From Octopus sinensis (lineage: Eukaryota): a DNA stretch of 64,000 nucleotides. The notes beneath the pieces are model-generated. The model saw only the letters and a program-made list of their open reading frames with translations, had not been told where the DNA came from and did no database searches. Below, piece by piece: positions 26,168 to 40,179 of the stretch; positions within the stretch are counted from its first letter, which is position 1, and each line of letters opens with the position of its first letter. Location of the stretch: the NCBI RefSeq assembly GCF_006345805.1, contig NC_043011.1, positions 49,922,464 to 49,986,463 of the forward strand, written 5' to 3'. The position numbers were made by a program, and so were the translations under genes.

Positions 26168-27039
26168 TTAATTTTACTCTGCTATGTATTGAGTACCTTA
26201 TTTACTGTGGTTAACCCCGAATCAACCCGGGACCTACATATATATATATATTATATATATATATATACATAAATATGTTTGTATATTTATGTATATAAAT
26301 ACATACATATGTAAGTATATATATATGTATACATACATATATAAGCATATATATATACACATATACTTGAGCACCAACACGTAAGCACATGCAAGTGCTC
26401 ACACACTCACACACACATGCACACACCAAAAAAAACGAACAAACAAAGAGTTAAATGGTCCTGTCTTGAATATCTTTATTCAAAGGTCTGCTCAAACGAG
26501 TGTTCTGGAGAGAAACGTCACCACCATGAACAACAACAACAACAGCAACAACAACGACTGTCCTCTCTTATTCGACATTGATGGAGTGTTAAATGCCTTG
26601 ATCGTTGACTCAGTTATCTGATATAACCCTAACATTTACAAATTTACGAATGATAATGAAAACGCTTTTTAACGAGTAAATGATACCCCTGTGTGAACGT
26701 GGCCGTTTCTCCTGTCGCACGCCAGAGTAATACGACCGCTATGCGTTGTACTACCGTGGTTGCTGCCAATACTACTGCAGCCGTTGCTATTACTGCATCT
26801 GCTACTGCTACTACTACTACTACTACTACTACTACTATAATTACCACTACTACTTCTAATACTAATACTGCTATTATTATGAATACTTCTATCAGTACTG
26901 TTATTAACACTACTATTACGTCTAGCACTATATACGTGTTTCCATGGATATGTTTGGGTATTTGTGTCGGCGGGAAACAGAGAGAAATTGTGCACTGGTT
27001 TATACATAAGGGCAGAAGTTCGAGGGAGGCGTAAGTCGT

Positions 27040-27530
27040 TCACATTGACCCCTAGGACTCAACTGGCAGTTATTTTATGGAAGGTATGAAAAGTAAAGTC
27101 GACGTCGGTGGCATTCGAACACAAAACATAAAGACGGACGAAATGCCGCTAAGCATTATTTCGCGGCATGCTAACAATTCTGCCAGTTCGCCGCCATGAT
27201 GATAATAATAATGTTAATAATAATAATTCTTTCTACTAAAGGCACAAGGCCTGAAATTTGGGATAGGGGACTAACCGATTTCATCGACCCCAGCATTTCA
27301 CTGGTACTGAATTTATCGACCTCGAGAGGATGAAAGGCAAAGTCGATATCGGTGGAATTTGAACTCAGAACGTAAAGACAGACGAAATGCCAGCCATCCG
27401 CCTAAATTTTGATGATAATAAAAATAATGATAATAATAAAAATATATCAGAACGCAGAACATACAGAGCTGGAAGAAATGCCGCGAAGTATTCTGCTCTG
27501 CGCACAAACGATTTTGCCAGCGCAGCAGCT
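27040..27530 (-). mobile_element. Cluster of three partial SINE family A copies
   Basis: Repeated aaaggcaaagtcga / ggaatttgaactcagaacgtaa / aacgattttgccagc motifs. Confidence 0.65.
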
Positions 27531-27604
27531 GCAATGTTTGTTGTAGTAGTAGTAGTAGTAGTAATAGTAGTATAGTAGTAGTAGTAGTAGTAGTTATAGG
27601 GAAT

Positions 27605-28160
27605 AATAGGCACGATATCTCCAGACCCTATAAACTACATCTCCCGGATGGCTCCCTCCCCACCACAACCAATACCAATCCTAATGTCGAGACAGATATT
27701 ACCCGGGACACCCCCGTTAAACTGCAATCATCTATGCAAACGTAGACGTCGACACTTGCCCCTTAGAATATAAATGCCTCACAAAATAAATCATATATAA
27801 ATGTACAGTCTCTACGGCGGATTTTAAGTTAGTATTTATCGACTCGTACTTTACCACATTCAAGGCCAGAATAGGTAACCACTACTCCAGCTTTAAATCT
27901 CAAACGGAAACTAACAGGTTCATTCATAACCTAAAATATAACTCAATTTTATACAGTATAAAATGGTCTATTGTTACCCATGTCAAACCGTATAACGGTT
28001 GTAGTAACAAATGCGATCTCTGCATTGAAGAAGTCTTATGCACTATACCACGCAACAGCTGCATAAATGAGCGAAGCGATAAGCGATCTTACCCTCAATT
28101 TTAGACACAATTTATGCCGCATATTCTTAAGGTACAAACGACAGTACCTTCACTGATAAT
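27605..28160 (+). mobile_element. Penelope-like element 3' fragment: decayed GIY-YIG endonuclease
   Basis: From 27757: CPLEYKCLTK*IIYKCTVST...TTFKARIGNHYSSF...YSIKWSI...PY...CDLCIEE...INERS, the typical PLE endonuclease pattern. Confidence 0.75.
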
Positions 28161-28519
28161 TCCCTAGCTAATCCTCCTACATACCCACTACTTTGATTTC
28201 TTCTATGTATTTAAATCGTTTACTTTTTTGAGCTTTTTAAAAAAATTTCCTTGACTTTGTTTTCCTCTTTGCAAGCAGGTATGTTCTTGCGCATGCGCGC
28301 GTGTACATACTTATAATGCTAATACGGTTACCACGTGAGTCTACATGTGTATGCATGGTGTTGTGAACGTGTATATTGGCTTTTACGTTTCGAGCCTACG
28401 CTCTTCAACAGAAAGGAACACAGAAATAAGAAGAGAGAGAAAATAAAAAAGGTTTAGAGGCTAGCGATCGATCACATATATGCATATACATACATACATA
28501 AATACATGTACACACATAC

Positions 28520-28566
<47 letters not shown>

Positions 28567-28844
28567 CACAGTTGTCAATTGTCGGACACGACTGTAACTA
28601 TTATATTAAAATTGATGATTGCGTAACGCATGTGTGGTAGTAGTTTTATCACAATAATATATAATGTTCTATTGTATTAATAGTGTCAAATTGTAAAACT
28701 TGTACTTATAAGAAAATGTAAAATTCACACTAGGATGGAATTTCATTGATTAATATATTTTTCTATACACAATGATACGAACTCGGATATCTATCTCCTC
28801 TCTCTTTATATATATATAAAATTAGATAAACTTAGATATGTTTC

Positions 28845-29340
28845 GATCAAAGATTGGTCCAGGCCATGTCTAACTTAATAGCACCACCTGATAGGATTAT
28901 TCGAATCCTGTTTAAGTCAAGTTTTGTTCAAGTAGTGAGTTCTTGTTGGGTGAGTTGTATCCAATTATGGGTGGCTTATCTGGTATTCTTTGAAGGAATC
29001 TATCCAGACTCTGTTTAAAGTTCGCGGGACAATGTTAAATAGGGCAGGGCCTGTTGAGGAAAAGAAATTATGTTGCAGTGTACATGTATGTTGTGATCTT
29101 GAATTGGGCAGGGGACGTATAGCCCGTGGTCCAAGTCTTGGATGAATAGCCCGTGGTCCAAGTCTTGGATGAGTAGCCCGTGGTCCAAACACGCATAAAT
29201 TAATATTTAATGTAGGATAACATTTTTTTCAAATCGCACGTGTCTTGAATGGGCTGGAATATTTCTATTTTGGATGTATTTGGGGTACTTAGTTGTGCTC
29301 ATGACTTAGTGTTTTGCTTCTTCCACGGGTATGAGTAAGT
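28845..29340 (-). mobile_element. LINE RT C-terminal/3' end fragment (clade uncertain) with an internal 27-bp tandem repeat
   Basis: TLQHNFFSSTGPALFNIVPRTL...DSFK resembles LINE C-termini; tagcccgtggtccaagtcttggatga occurs about 2.5 times at 29120-29188. Confidence 0.55.
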
Positions 29341-29569
29341 ATCTCATTTATTTCTTTACCACGTTTATCACATGACGAAGGGAGGGTTCTTACGAACTAA
29401 CCCTCAAATCGGTCCGATATGGTAAGAATGGAATTTTTTAGAAATTTCTGTCGGCTTTTTTTCGAGTAGCGTGCGTATTGTGATAAATTATATGGTAATG
29501 GACAATACGTCCAATTTTCGGCATATTTGTCATAAGAAAATTTTTTCATTTGCCCTTATTTGTAAGTTA

Positions 29570-29990
29570 CTCTTTTACTCTTTTACTCTTTTACTTGTTT
29601 CAGTCACTTGAATGTGGCCATGCTGGAGCACCGCCTTTAGTCGAGCAAATCGACCCCGGGACTTATTCTTTGTAAGCCCAGTACTTATTCTATTGGTCTC
29701 TTTTGCCGAACCGCTAAGTGACGGAGACATAAACACACCAGCATCGGTTGTCAAGCAATGCTAGGGGGACAAACACAGACACACAAACATATACACACAC
29801 ACATTTATATATATATACATATATACGACAGGCTTCTTTCTGTTTCCGTCTTCCAAATCCACTCACAAGACATTGGTCGGCCCGGGGCTATAGCAGAAGA
29901 CACTTGCCCAAGATGCCACGCAGTGGGACTGAACCCGGAACCATGTGGTTGGTTAGCAAGCTACTTACCACACAGCCACTCCTGCGCCTA
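29570..29990 (-). mobile_element. SINE family B, full length
   Basis: Homologous to 22925-23362. Confidence 0.8.
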
Positions 29991-30427
29991 TAGCCACTCC
30001 TGCACCTAAACAACTTATTTATTAAGTTTTTTATATCTACATATATATATATCTGGGTATTTGAACCTGTGTGTAATAATTGCTCTTCATTGACATGTAT
30101 AGGCATGTACGTACGTAAATATATAGCCTGCAATTACATTCGATCTCTCCTGCTGCCGTGGTTAGTGATGTTGTTATTAAATGTCTTCAGCCTGTTGCTT
30201 TTTATAGATGTATGATTCTTCTTCGTGTGATGGTGGGCAATAATCCGTTTTTAATTAATTGTATTATTCTAACGAGTTCATTATACTGCCGGGTGTGTGT
30301 GTGTGTGTGTTAATTGCTGATGTAGGAAGGGAAATTTTCTGTTTGTGCATGTGTGTGCAGTGTATGTATTCACTGTGAGTATGTATATGTAAGCCATTGT
30401 AGATGGTTGCGTTTGAAAGTGCATGTA

Positions 30428-30459
<32 letters not shown>

Positions 30460-30559
30460 TTGTGTGTGTGTAGCGGGGGGAGGGAATTGCATGTGTGAAT
30501 GTGTATGAAGTGAACGGCTGTGTGTTAGGTGATGAAATGAGGTGGCGTGTTTCAGGAAA

Positions 30560-30739
30560 ACTGATGATGATGACGATGGTCTTGATGTTGTTGTTGATGA
30601 AGAGAAGGATTATGACGACGACCAGAATGATAATGAAAGAGGAGAGAGATAACGACGACGACCACGATGATGATTATGATGATGATGATGATGATGATGG
30701 TGACGACGACGACGATGATGATGATGAGGATGATATTGG

Positions 30740-30784
<45 letters not shown>

Positions 30785-30873
30785 CGATGATGACGATGAT
30801 GATGATGAAGAATATGACGACGATGATATTATTGATGATAATGATGATGACGACGACGACGACGACGACAATA

Positions 30874-30909
<36 letters not shown>

Positions 30910-30945
30910 GTGATGATGAAGATGATGACGACGATGATGTTATTG
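30560..30945. repeat. (GAT/GAC)n microsatellite
   Basis: Long trinucleotide tract. Confidence 0.95.
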
Positions 30946-31680
30946 AACTTTTGAATAATTAATAAAAGTTCTGCAATTATCTCGCTGAAATTAAAATAGA
31001 TCGAAATATCACCTTGAGGATCAAGTTTGAAATACAAGCTAACACTGATCTCTTTGCTATGAACATTAGAAAAAAATCCTTCATAGGTCAGTAACCAAAA
31101 GGAGGAAAAATAGACTAATTTACTAATTTATTTATTTTGACTCATGCTGATGTACATATTCACAATATATTGCATATAAGCAAAGGAGTAATAGATGAAG
31201 GAGTACATTACATCATTTCAAAAATCAGTATTCATCAGATTCTCTCAAGAATCGTTATTATTATCGTATAATTTTGTATGGATATATGTGCATATATGTT
31301 TATACTGTATACGCTAAACTTTTGGAATGTTATTTTTATCTAATTATATTTGAATAAATTTATAGTTCGATGCACATACATCTCTGATTATTTTCAAGGC
31401 ATCTGTGATATGAGAAAAGTTTTGAGCCTCTGTTTATTTCAAATTATTGACTTCAAAATATCGATGTTTGGTTTTCGCTTCGTATTTTCTAATAATTCCA
31501 AATCACATAAAACGGATGTGTATTCTATACCTCTAGAGTTTTGTACTTTTTGATTATACAGACTCTTTTAATTTCCAAATTATTTCCAGTTCTGTTCAGT
31601 TCGGTGTATGAAATTTTCAGTCTATCATTGAAAGAAAAAGCTACTTTTAATAATGGCCATTATGTACATATTTTTTATAC

Positions 31681-32650
31681 CGGACAAAATGTTAGCGGCA
31701 TTTCGTACATCTTTACGTTCTGAGTTCAAATTCCGTAGAGTTCGATTTTTCCTTTCTTCGTTTCAGAGTGGATAAAATGTTTCGGTCGAGTACTTCGGTT
31801 GATATCATCAACTCGCCCCATCAACTCGGGCCTTGTGCCAGAATTTGCAACCATTACCAATAATATGGCGGCAAGCCAGCTTAATCGTTACCGCGCTGGA
31901 AAAAATTTGTAGCGAGATTTCATCCGCTTTTACGTTCTGAGTTCAAGTGTTGCCTTGGTCGACCTTGCCTTTCATCATTTCGAGATCGATAAAATCAGTA
32001 GAGTATTAACGTCAGTGTAAACGTCTTCCACCCTCCACTACATTTGCTGGCCTTGTACCAAAATTTGAAACCTCTAGTATTATTTTTCGAGCTGGCAGAA
32101 TCGTTAGCACGCCGGGCGTAACGCTAAGCCGTATGTCATCTGGCGCTACGCTCTGAGTTCAAATTCCGCCGAGGTCCACTTTGCCTTTCATCTTTCCAGG
32201 ACCGGTGAATTAAGTACCAGTGAAATACTGGTGTCGATGTAATCAACTAATCCCCCACACTCAAAAATCAGGCCTTGTGCCTTTAGTAGAAAAGATTATT
32301 AATATTATCATCCTCATCATCAGCATTATTATTTGTAGTAGTATTGTTATTGTTGTTGTTGTTGTTGTTGTTATTATTATTATTATTATTATTATCATTA
32401 TTATTATTACTATTATTATTAGTATTATTATTAAGGCGGGGAGCTGGCAGAAATTTTAACACACCAGGCAAAATGTTAGTGATATATCGTCTATTTTTAC
32501 GTTCTCAGTTCAAATGATGCTGAGATCGACTCCACCTTTCATGCTTTCCAGAGTGGAGAAAATAGGCATTAGTCGAGCACTGTGGGCTTGATGTAATCAA
32601 ATAGGCACCCCCTTGCCTAACATTTTGGGCACTGTGCCTATAATAGATAG
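31681..32650 (+). mobile_element. Head-to-tail run of four SINE family A copies of differing divergence
   Basis: acgttctgagttcaaattcc / gcctttcatc / ggccttgtgcc recur with about 200-350 nt spacing. Confidence 0.7.
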
Positions 32651-33093
32651 AGTGGTGATGACGATGATGATGATGATGATGATGACACACAAGCACGTAT
32701 GTACGAGAGTATTTTTTCAGTTTCGGTCTACTAAATCTACTCACAAGACTTTGGCAGGTTCAGAGTTCAGTTTCCCAAGGTTCCACACACATGGACTGGG
32801 CTTCAGACCATGTGGTTGAGAATTAAACATCTAACAGCACGGCCACACCTGCGCTCATGGATTATTCATGAATGTATGTCCGAAAGATTCGCTAACAAAT
32901 GCTGAACTTCATTAAAAACAAGACAAATTTCGTGCATATTACAAATATACATATATATGTTTACATACATATATATACACGCATATACGTATATCAATAT
33001 ATATATTATATATATATATATATACGTATATCAATATATATATATATCAATATATATATACGTATATCAATATATATATATCAATATATATAA

Positions 33094-33430
33094 GGCGCAT
33101 GGCTCAGTGGTTAGAGCGTCGAGCTTACGATCGTGAGGTTTGAGCTCGAATCCCGGACCGGGCTGCGTGTTGTGTTCTCGAGCAAGGCACTTTATTTCAC
33201 GTTGCTCCAGTTCACTCAGCTGTAGTAGAATGAGTTGCGACGTCACTGGTTGCCAAGCTGTATCGACCTTTGTCTTTCCCTTGGATAACACTGGTGGCGT
33301 GGAGAGGGGAGGCTGGTATGCATGGGCGACTGCTGGCCTTCCATAAACAACCTTGCCCGGACTTGTGTCTAGGAGGGTAACTTTCTAGGTGCAATCCCAT
33401 GGTCATTCATGACCGAAGGGGGTCTTTACC
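33094..33430 (+). mobile_element. tRNA-derived SINE (family C head, distinct tail)
   Basis: A box TGGCTCAGTGG, B-box-like gagctcgaatccc; body tgttctcgagcaaggcactttatttcacgttgctccag. Confidence 0.75.
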
Positions 33431-33443
33431 TTATATATATATA

Positions 33444-33482
<39 letters not shown>

Positions 33483-33588
33483 GTGCATGGCTATATGTGT
33501 ATACAAACTGATGATTTGTAGGTACGATAATGCTTATATATATATATATATATATATATCAAAATAAACAACAGGATATCCAGAGGTG

Positions 33589-33676
33589 ATGCAGTACGAC
33601 CGTTTCAAGCGGCTCCATTGAATTGAACAATGCAATCATTACATCAATTTAAATGCACGGCTATCCTCAGCTGCAT
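33589..33676 (-). ncRNA. Type I hammerhead ribozyme motif
   Basis: ATGCAG-CTGAGGA-TAGC...GCTT-GAAA-CGGTCG-TA-CTGCAT; 6-bp stem I, quasi-palindromic stem III, GUA triplet. Confidence 0.7.
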
Positions 33677-33880
33677 AAATAAATAAATATAATTTTTTAA
33701 TCAGTTGGAGTATTTAAGTAAAATTATATTAATATGTCTGACTGATTAAAAAAGTTCTATTTATTTATTTATTTAAGGAGCTGCACCTTATTTTGAGTTG
33801 TATGGATAATACTGCACTAATTTTGGTGCTTCAGCTTAAGTACCTAATTCAACTGAATCTCCATTATGTTATATATATAT

Positions 33881-33911
<31 letters not shown>

Positions 33912-34053
33912 TTATTTATTTATTTATTTATATATATATGTTATATAATATATATATAATATATATTTATATAACATATATATATATAAATATATATATA
34001 TATTTATATATATATGTTATATATATATAACATATATATATAAATATACATAT

Positions 34054-34090
<37 letters not shown>

Positions 34091-34796
34091 TATATATATA
34101 GGTATATACATATGTATGTATCTATCAAAATATGTGTCTTTATAGTTTCTCTCCACAAACGCCTGGGTATCAGTGTCGGATTCTTTTCTTCCCTGTACCT
34201 TACAAGTTCGGCAAAAGGACCGATAGAATAAATATTATACAGAAAAATATAAGTAGGGGTTCGGTCTTTCCAACTAGGCTCTTCGATTCAATACTCCAGC
34301 ATGGCCGTATTACAATGACTGAAACAAGCAAAAGAGGAACGATATGAGCCTTGCTGTCTATATTTGTGACAAACGCAACAGAGCGACATTTATTTTACAT
34401 TATATATATATATATATATGTTTGTTGGGTGAACAGCTGTGTTGTAACTTCATAACAAGTCCTCGAAGACATTCAGTGAATTATTTAATTTTGAGTCATA
34501 TTAATCATATCTAGAGCCATGCTGGAGTCTGTGTGGCCATTTCAGAGGCGGTTCCTCTCGTAACAAAACAGAGACAAGACAGTTGAGATAATCGGCGTGG
34601 GATGGTTTGTTGTAGAATTTATGATCTATAATTACACATAAAACTAAAATGTGGAATTGAATTCCGCATTATCTAGACAGTTTATTTGCCATTTCTAACG
34701 TCGATGACGTTATTCCCGAAAACTTCCTAAATAAGAAAGTTTGTATACACACACACACAAATACATATAATCCATGTGCCTGTGTGTGGTGCGTAA

Positions 34797-34836
<40 letters not shown>

Positions 34837-35130
34837 CATGCACACGTTTTTGTGTGTGTAGGTATGAGCGTATTTCTCTGTGTATCTGTGCATCGCAGTA
34901 TGTTAATTTAAATACAACAAATACACTACGGACTAAGAAAGAAATGGATCGTTATTCGACCTGTTTTAATTGAGCTAAAATTGTACTATGTCCTCTTGCC
35001 TTTGTCTACAGCAATACACTCACATAGTCACATATCCATCATACCGTACACACATATAAACACGCACATACATATGTATATATATATTATATATATAGAT
35101 TATATAATATATATATATATATATTATATA

Positions 35131-35305
35131 TTGGCATCCTTCTGTCTCGGGAGACAATGGGGTGCGCATGAAGTAGTCTAGTCCGGCTTTTATATTTATG
35201 TCCTGATACATTTCCTGCTGTGCTGTGTAGTCCTATCCTGGAAAACAGCCTCTGGCAGGTACCGCAAATGTAGCGAAGACTGTTCCTGGCTGGTTGTAGT
35301 GCCAT
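35131..35305 (-). mobile_element. RTE/BovB-like LINE 3' end
   Basis: YICGTCQRLFSRIGLHS (C2H2-like) and terminal cccattgtctcccgagacagaaggatgccaa abutting (TA)n. Confidence 0.65.
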
Positions 35306-35429
35306 AGTCTCTTGTTTACGTCTCTTCCTTTCTTTCCATTTCTCCTCTCTCTCTCTGTCACTCCTTTGTATTCCCTCTTTTACGGTACGTCGCCATTCTC
35401 CACGGTTGCCGGCAACTGCCTCCCAACCG

Positions 35430-35498
<69 letters not shown>

Positions 35499-35519
35499 GA
35501 TATGTGTGTGTGTGTGTGC

Positions 35520-35722
35520 GTGTGTGTACCGTTGGCGATTTTATTTCCTCCGTCTTCCTTTCCTTGGATCTTTCCTTTTCCTATGATTCTGACGAAGAGC
35601 TCCGCTCGAAACGTTAAATTCTCTTTCTTACCTTTCCTGGGCGTTCAATAACATTATACTTGTTCCACGTCCCCGCGTTGTTGTGTTTTCTCTTTGAATT
35701 TTCATGTTTTGGATTAACTTTA
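35520..35722 (+). mobile_element. Penelope-like pseudo-LTR family P1 with HHR motif at 35585-35620
   Basis: GATT-CTGACGA-A-GAGC-TCC-GCTC-GAAA-CGTT-AAATT. Confidence 0.6.
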
Positions 35723-35779
35723 TATATAGATATATGTATATGTATTAATGTATGAGAAATTACAAGAGCCATTAATTTA

Positions 35780-36290
35780 TACTAGCAGAAAGACCGCCCT
35801 CCGGGTGATTTTATGTTATCCCCTTGATAATATTTTCACATTTGATTCCCATTTTTAATAATGCAAGTTTCGAGCACTTGTCGGTAACTTTTTGTTTTTC
35901 TTTTCTCCTCGTCTTCTAATAATAATTACCTAACTCTCTAAGCTCTTCTCACCGCTATTCCGCGTTCAAAAATGATAAGGGTATTTTTTAAAAAGTCCTT
36001 CAATAAATAATGTTTTTACATTACATATACATTGATAGTGAATTGAAAATTAGAGGAGAAAATGGAATACTCCGCAGTGAATTTAATGAATATTTAAGTT
36101 TGTGATTTATTGGACGCAGTGAATATTTAAATTTGCGAGAAATTGGAGTTAAAAAGTTCAATAAACTTGAGAAATCGAAATCATAGGAAATTTGTTAGAA
36201 CATGAATTTATAAAAATATTTCCAGACGGTCAACCTTTTAATAATTGCTTTCTTTTAGTACTTTTAATAATTGTTACGTACCTAATTAAG
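35780..36290 (-). mobile_element. Possible Helitron-like non-autonomous element
   Basis: Left end actagcag...ccgccctccggg is the reverse complement of a CTAGT 3' end with a GC-rich subterminal stretch, as at 54470-54499; other boundary uncertain. Confidence 0.35.
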
Positions 36291-37061
36291 AAGCAGCTTT
36301 CTCCATTATTCGCAGTCGGAGGATTGCGGTTTCGATTCCCAGACCGGGCATTGTGTGTGTTTATTGAGCGAAAACATCTAAAAAGCTCCACGAGGCTCCA
36401 GCAGGAGGTAGTGGCGACCCTTGTAGTACTCTTTCATCACAACTTCTCACTCCCTCTTCCTGTCTCTGGAGTAACGCTGCGATGGATTGGCGTTCTGTCA
36501 AGCTGGGGGGGGAACACATACGCCACAAAAACCGGGAAACCGGTCCCATGAGCCTGGCTAGGCTTGAAAAGGGTGACGTTTCTTCATTATATTATAGATT
36601 ATTACTTCCTACGTACCTTTCAACTTTATGCTTCCTTGGAACCAAGCATTGAATGTTCATTCTCTGTAAAATATGCAATAAAGGGTTGCGTTCCCCCATG
36701 ATCCGTTCTGGATAACCATCCAAATGCTCCTGTAAAACCCAAGTCAGGGGTCCAATCAACCATAGTTATGAACGAAGGAAGCAATATGTTATTATCATAA
36801 TTCATTTTACTTCTACATGGTGCTCTGTACTTCATAACTACGGATATTATTAAGCGTAGAAGTTGCTTAACCACTATACAGGAAGTAGACTAGACTATAA
36901 CAAGTTACGTAAGGATCTAAGCTTAACGGTAGCAGTAAAGACAAGGATCACTTATATATACATACATGCATTTATATATATATATATATATATATAGATA
37001 AATAGACTGATAGATAGATAGATAGATAGACAGAAAGACAGATAGATAGATAATATATAAA

Positions 37062-37095
<34 letters not shown>

Positions 37096-37641
37096 ATTAT
37101 ATATAAGTATAAAGTTAATCCAAACAAGAAAACACAGAAAAAAACACAGCAACGCGAGGACGTGGAACAATTAAAGTATTATTGGGCGCTCAGGAAAGAA
37201 GGGAAGAAGGAGGGTTTAACGTTTCGAGCGGAGCTCTTCGTCGGTAACAAAGGAGAAGGAAAAATCCCGAGAAGGGAAGACAGAGGAAAAAATTTTTTTT
37301 TGCTGGTGGTGCTCAAGAGATCACATGTAATGTGAGTGCTTGTGTGTGTATGTGTGTGTGTGTGTGTGTAATTTATAAACTCCGGACAGCCGCTATTCCC
37401 AAAGTTTTAAAATAAACCAGACACATTCCTTTAAATTGTTTGTTATTGCGTTTCGTCTCATAACTCGTCTGTCACCAATAAATTGTAAAATATTGACAAA
37501 TTTATTCGATAGATGGTTAGATTATTAGTAATAATACGAGACAATGGGATTCAGATAGACAACATCAGGAGTGGACTGGTGTTAAGCGATAAAACTAACG
37601 CGTGCACATATATGTTTTTGTCTGCGTATATGTATGTATAT

Positions 37642-37945
37642 GGAGGCCCAATGGCTCAGTGGTTAGGGCAGCGGACTCGCAGTCGTAGGATCGCGGTTTC
37701 GATCCCCAGACCGGGCGTTGTAAGTGTTTATTGAGCGAAAACACCTAAATCTCCACCAGGCTCCGGCAGGGGGTGGTGGTGATCGCAGCTGTACTCTTTC
37801 GCCACAACTTTCTCTCACTCTTTCTTCTGTTGGCCTGCTCGCTTAGCCAGCGAGGTGGCGTCATTGAAGGCTAAAACAATGCGAAGCGCATTGTGACCAG
37901 CGATGTGTAGCAACATCCGATGGCCTGGTCGGTCACATGATGATA
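37642..37945 (+). mobile_element. tRNA-derived SINE family D
   Basis: A box TGGCTCAGTGG, B box GGTTTCGATCC, body gagcgaaaacacctaaa. Confidence 0.8.
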
Positions 37946-38007
37946 TGTATGTATATATGTGTGCGTTTGAGTGGATTTGCGCGCATGCGTATTCACACAG
38001 TCTCATC

Positions 38008-38052
<45 letters not shown>

Positions 38053-38730
38053 ACACACAAAAACACAGATACACATACACAATATATAATCGTTTATAAT
38101 TTACTTGTTTCAGTCATTCGAATGCCGTCATACTGAATCGGTCGCAGGATAATTTTTTGTTTTAAGCCTGCTATTTATTCTATCGGTTTTTTTGTGCCGG
38201 ATCGTTAATGTACAGGAACGTAAACAAACGACCGCCGGTCGTCAAGCCATGTTGGGGGATAGACAGAATCATGAACGTACACACACACACACACACATAA
38301 TTTTCATTAAATGTGACTAGGGTGATATGGAAACATCTACATTGCTAGAAATAAGAACTAAAGCCAAAAACAATAGTGAAAAATACTTGTCCGGTGAGCT
38401 TCGACTCGAAACCATATTGCTGGGAAACATACTTATCACACACGTACACACACACACACACACACACAAAGACACACAATACGTTAGACTGAGATTGAAA
38501 ACGTAACCCTTTGAGACTCACTGACCTCTTCATATAGCTCTGTACACGTATTTCGCTAACAGCATCTTTCCTGTGATTGTAATACAGGTATATTATCTGT
38601 AAATGTGATAAATTGTAAAGGTGAATTAGGCAAATGCATCACCTAACTGCAAACCACTTCTTCTTGCTTCTAAAACGTGTACAAGGTGCAAAAGTGAATG
38701 AATGTGTATCCGTGTGTGTGTGTGTTTGTG

Positions 38731-38770
<40 letters not shown>

Positions 38771-39388
38771 ACTTGTATGCATGAGTATTTGTGTGCTAGT
38801 AGAGATAAGAATTTTAAATATGGTAAGTGCTTAATATGAGATAAAATATTTGGTTATTTTCATCCGTATCAAACAAAATATGCTCTCTTTCTCTCTTTCT
38901 CTCTCTCTCACTCTCTCTCTCTCTCTTTCTTTCTCTCTCTCTCTCTCTCTCACACACCACACACACACACACGCACACGCATTTGTATAAATGTTCACAA
39001 CCTACTAAGTTATACAAATATATATTATCTTTTACATGTTTATATATACGTCGGACTTATTTCAGTTTTCGTCTACCAAAGACCCTCATAATACTTTGGT
39101 CTCCCAGATCGCTCTGCAATGAACATGGTTTTATGTTCACCTGCGCTTATAGATTATACATATAGAAATTTAAATACACCAGCGTAAATATGATTATTAT
39201 AATTATTATTGCTGTTATTTTACTTGGTAGAGGTCATATCAACTAAGGACACTGAAGTTCGTTTCATCCTATGTTCAATGTATTCATACGGCTGCATTTT
39301 GTGATGGACTAAATCTATTAACATTTTTATGGATTGCCAAGCACCCACAAATAGCTGTTGGACTTATACATTTCTTGTTCCTCTTTAG

Positions 39389-39410
39389 ATATATCTGTCG
39401 TCTGTACTCT
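39389..39410 (+). CDS. Candidate 22-nt internal exon
   Basis: Strong acceptor tttcttgttcctctttAG and donor TCT|GTGAGT; all frames open. Confidence 0.3.
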
Positions 39411-40008
39411 GTGAGTCAAACCTATTTATATAGATACATATATATAAGCAAAAAATATTCTTTGAGTGAGATATAAACAGTAGCCGCATGACATTGTGCA
39501 GTATATTTGCTACACAAATGATGCTACTGTAGCTTGTAGCCCCAGGAAGACATCTCCTCCAGCTGGCTATTGACACACTATCTATGCCCTATCAGTATTT
39601 ACGAATGGAGGTTATCATTCCCGTCCCCAATCAGGCTGGGGGTGGGAACGATTACTTCCCTTTGCATATACGACAAACACAGGCACATACAGATAAATAC
39701 GTACATGCATACATACATATACATAACTGAAGAAGGGGAATATACTTTATGTTGCATGTATGGTTTCTCTGTTTTTTTTCATCGTTCGAAAAGAAGTTCG
39801 TTTTGTATGTTTTTATTTTTATTGTGTTCAACGTTTTTTTTTTATGTCCTGTATATGTACATATATGCATGTATATACACATATATATGTAGGTAAGTAC
39901 ATATATGTATTTATATATGCATATATTTATATATTATTTTAAATATATACATTACATACATCATATACATACATACATACATATACATACATACATACAT
40001 ACATACAT

Positions 40009-40095
<87 letters not shown>

Positions 40096-40101
40096 ATATA
40101 T

Positions 40102-40164
<63 letters not shown>

Positions 40165-40179
40165 ATATACTTTTTTAAA

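Noticed and set aside
26500-26620. Short ORF with a HAD-like LLFDIDGVLN motif (another frame gives polyQ)
   Set aside because: A stop follows within about 8 codons, no good donor site, and it is adjacent to a CAA repeat; likely chance.
29120-29188. 27-bp direct repeats, CRISPR-like at first sight
   Set aside because: No spacers; an in-frame tandem duplication inside a LINE fragment in a eukaryotic context.
29370-29425. Further HHR-like scaffolds (also at 40938-40975, 50038-50075, 38530-38575)
   Set aside because: Core or stem I too degenerate (for example CAUGACGA/GAUA); at most dead remnants.
30495-30962. Poly-Asp ORF
   Set aside because: Read-through of the (GAT)n microsatellite.
35231-35258. 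Plus-strand exon candidate PILENSLWQ
   Set aside because: Lies inside the antisense of an RTE LINE 3' end.
36615-36727. Minus-strand exon candidate (ttttacAG...AAG|GTACGT; EHLDGYPERIMGERNPLLHILQRMNIQ), and a similar one at 61363-61492
   Set aside because: Splice sites are plausible but no homology is recognised and the strand conflicts with the plus-strand chain; undecidable without RNA data.
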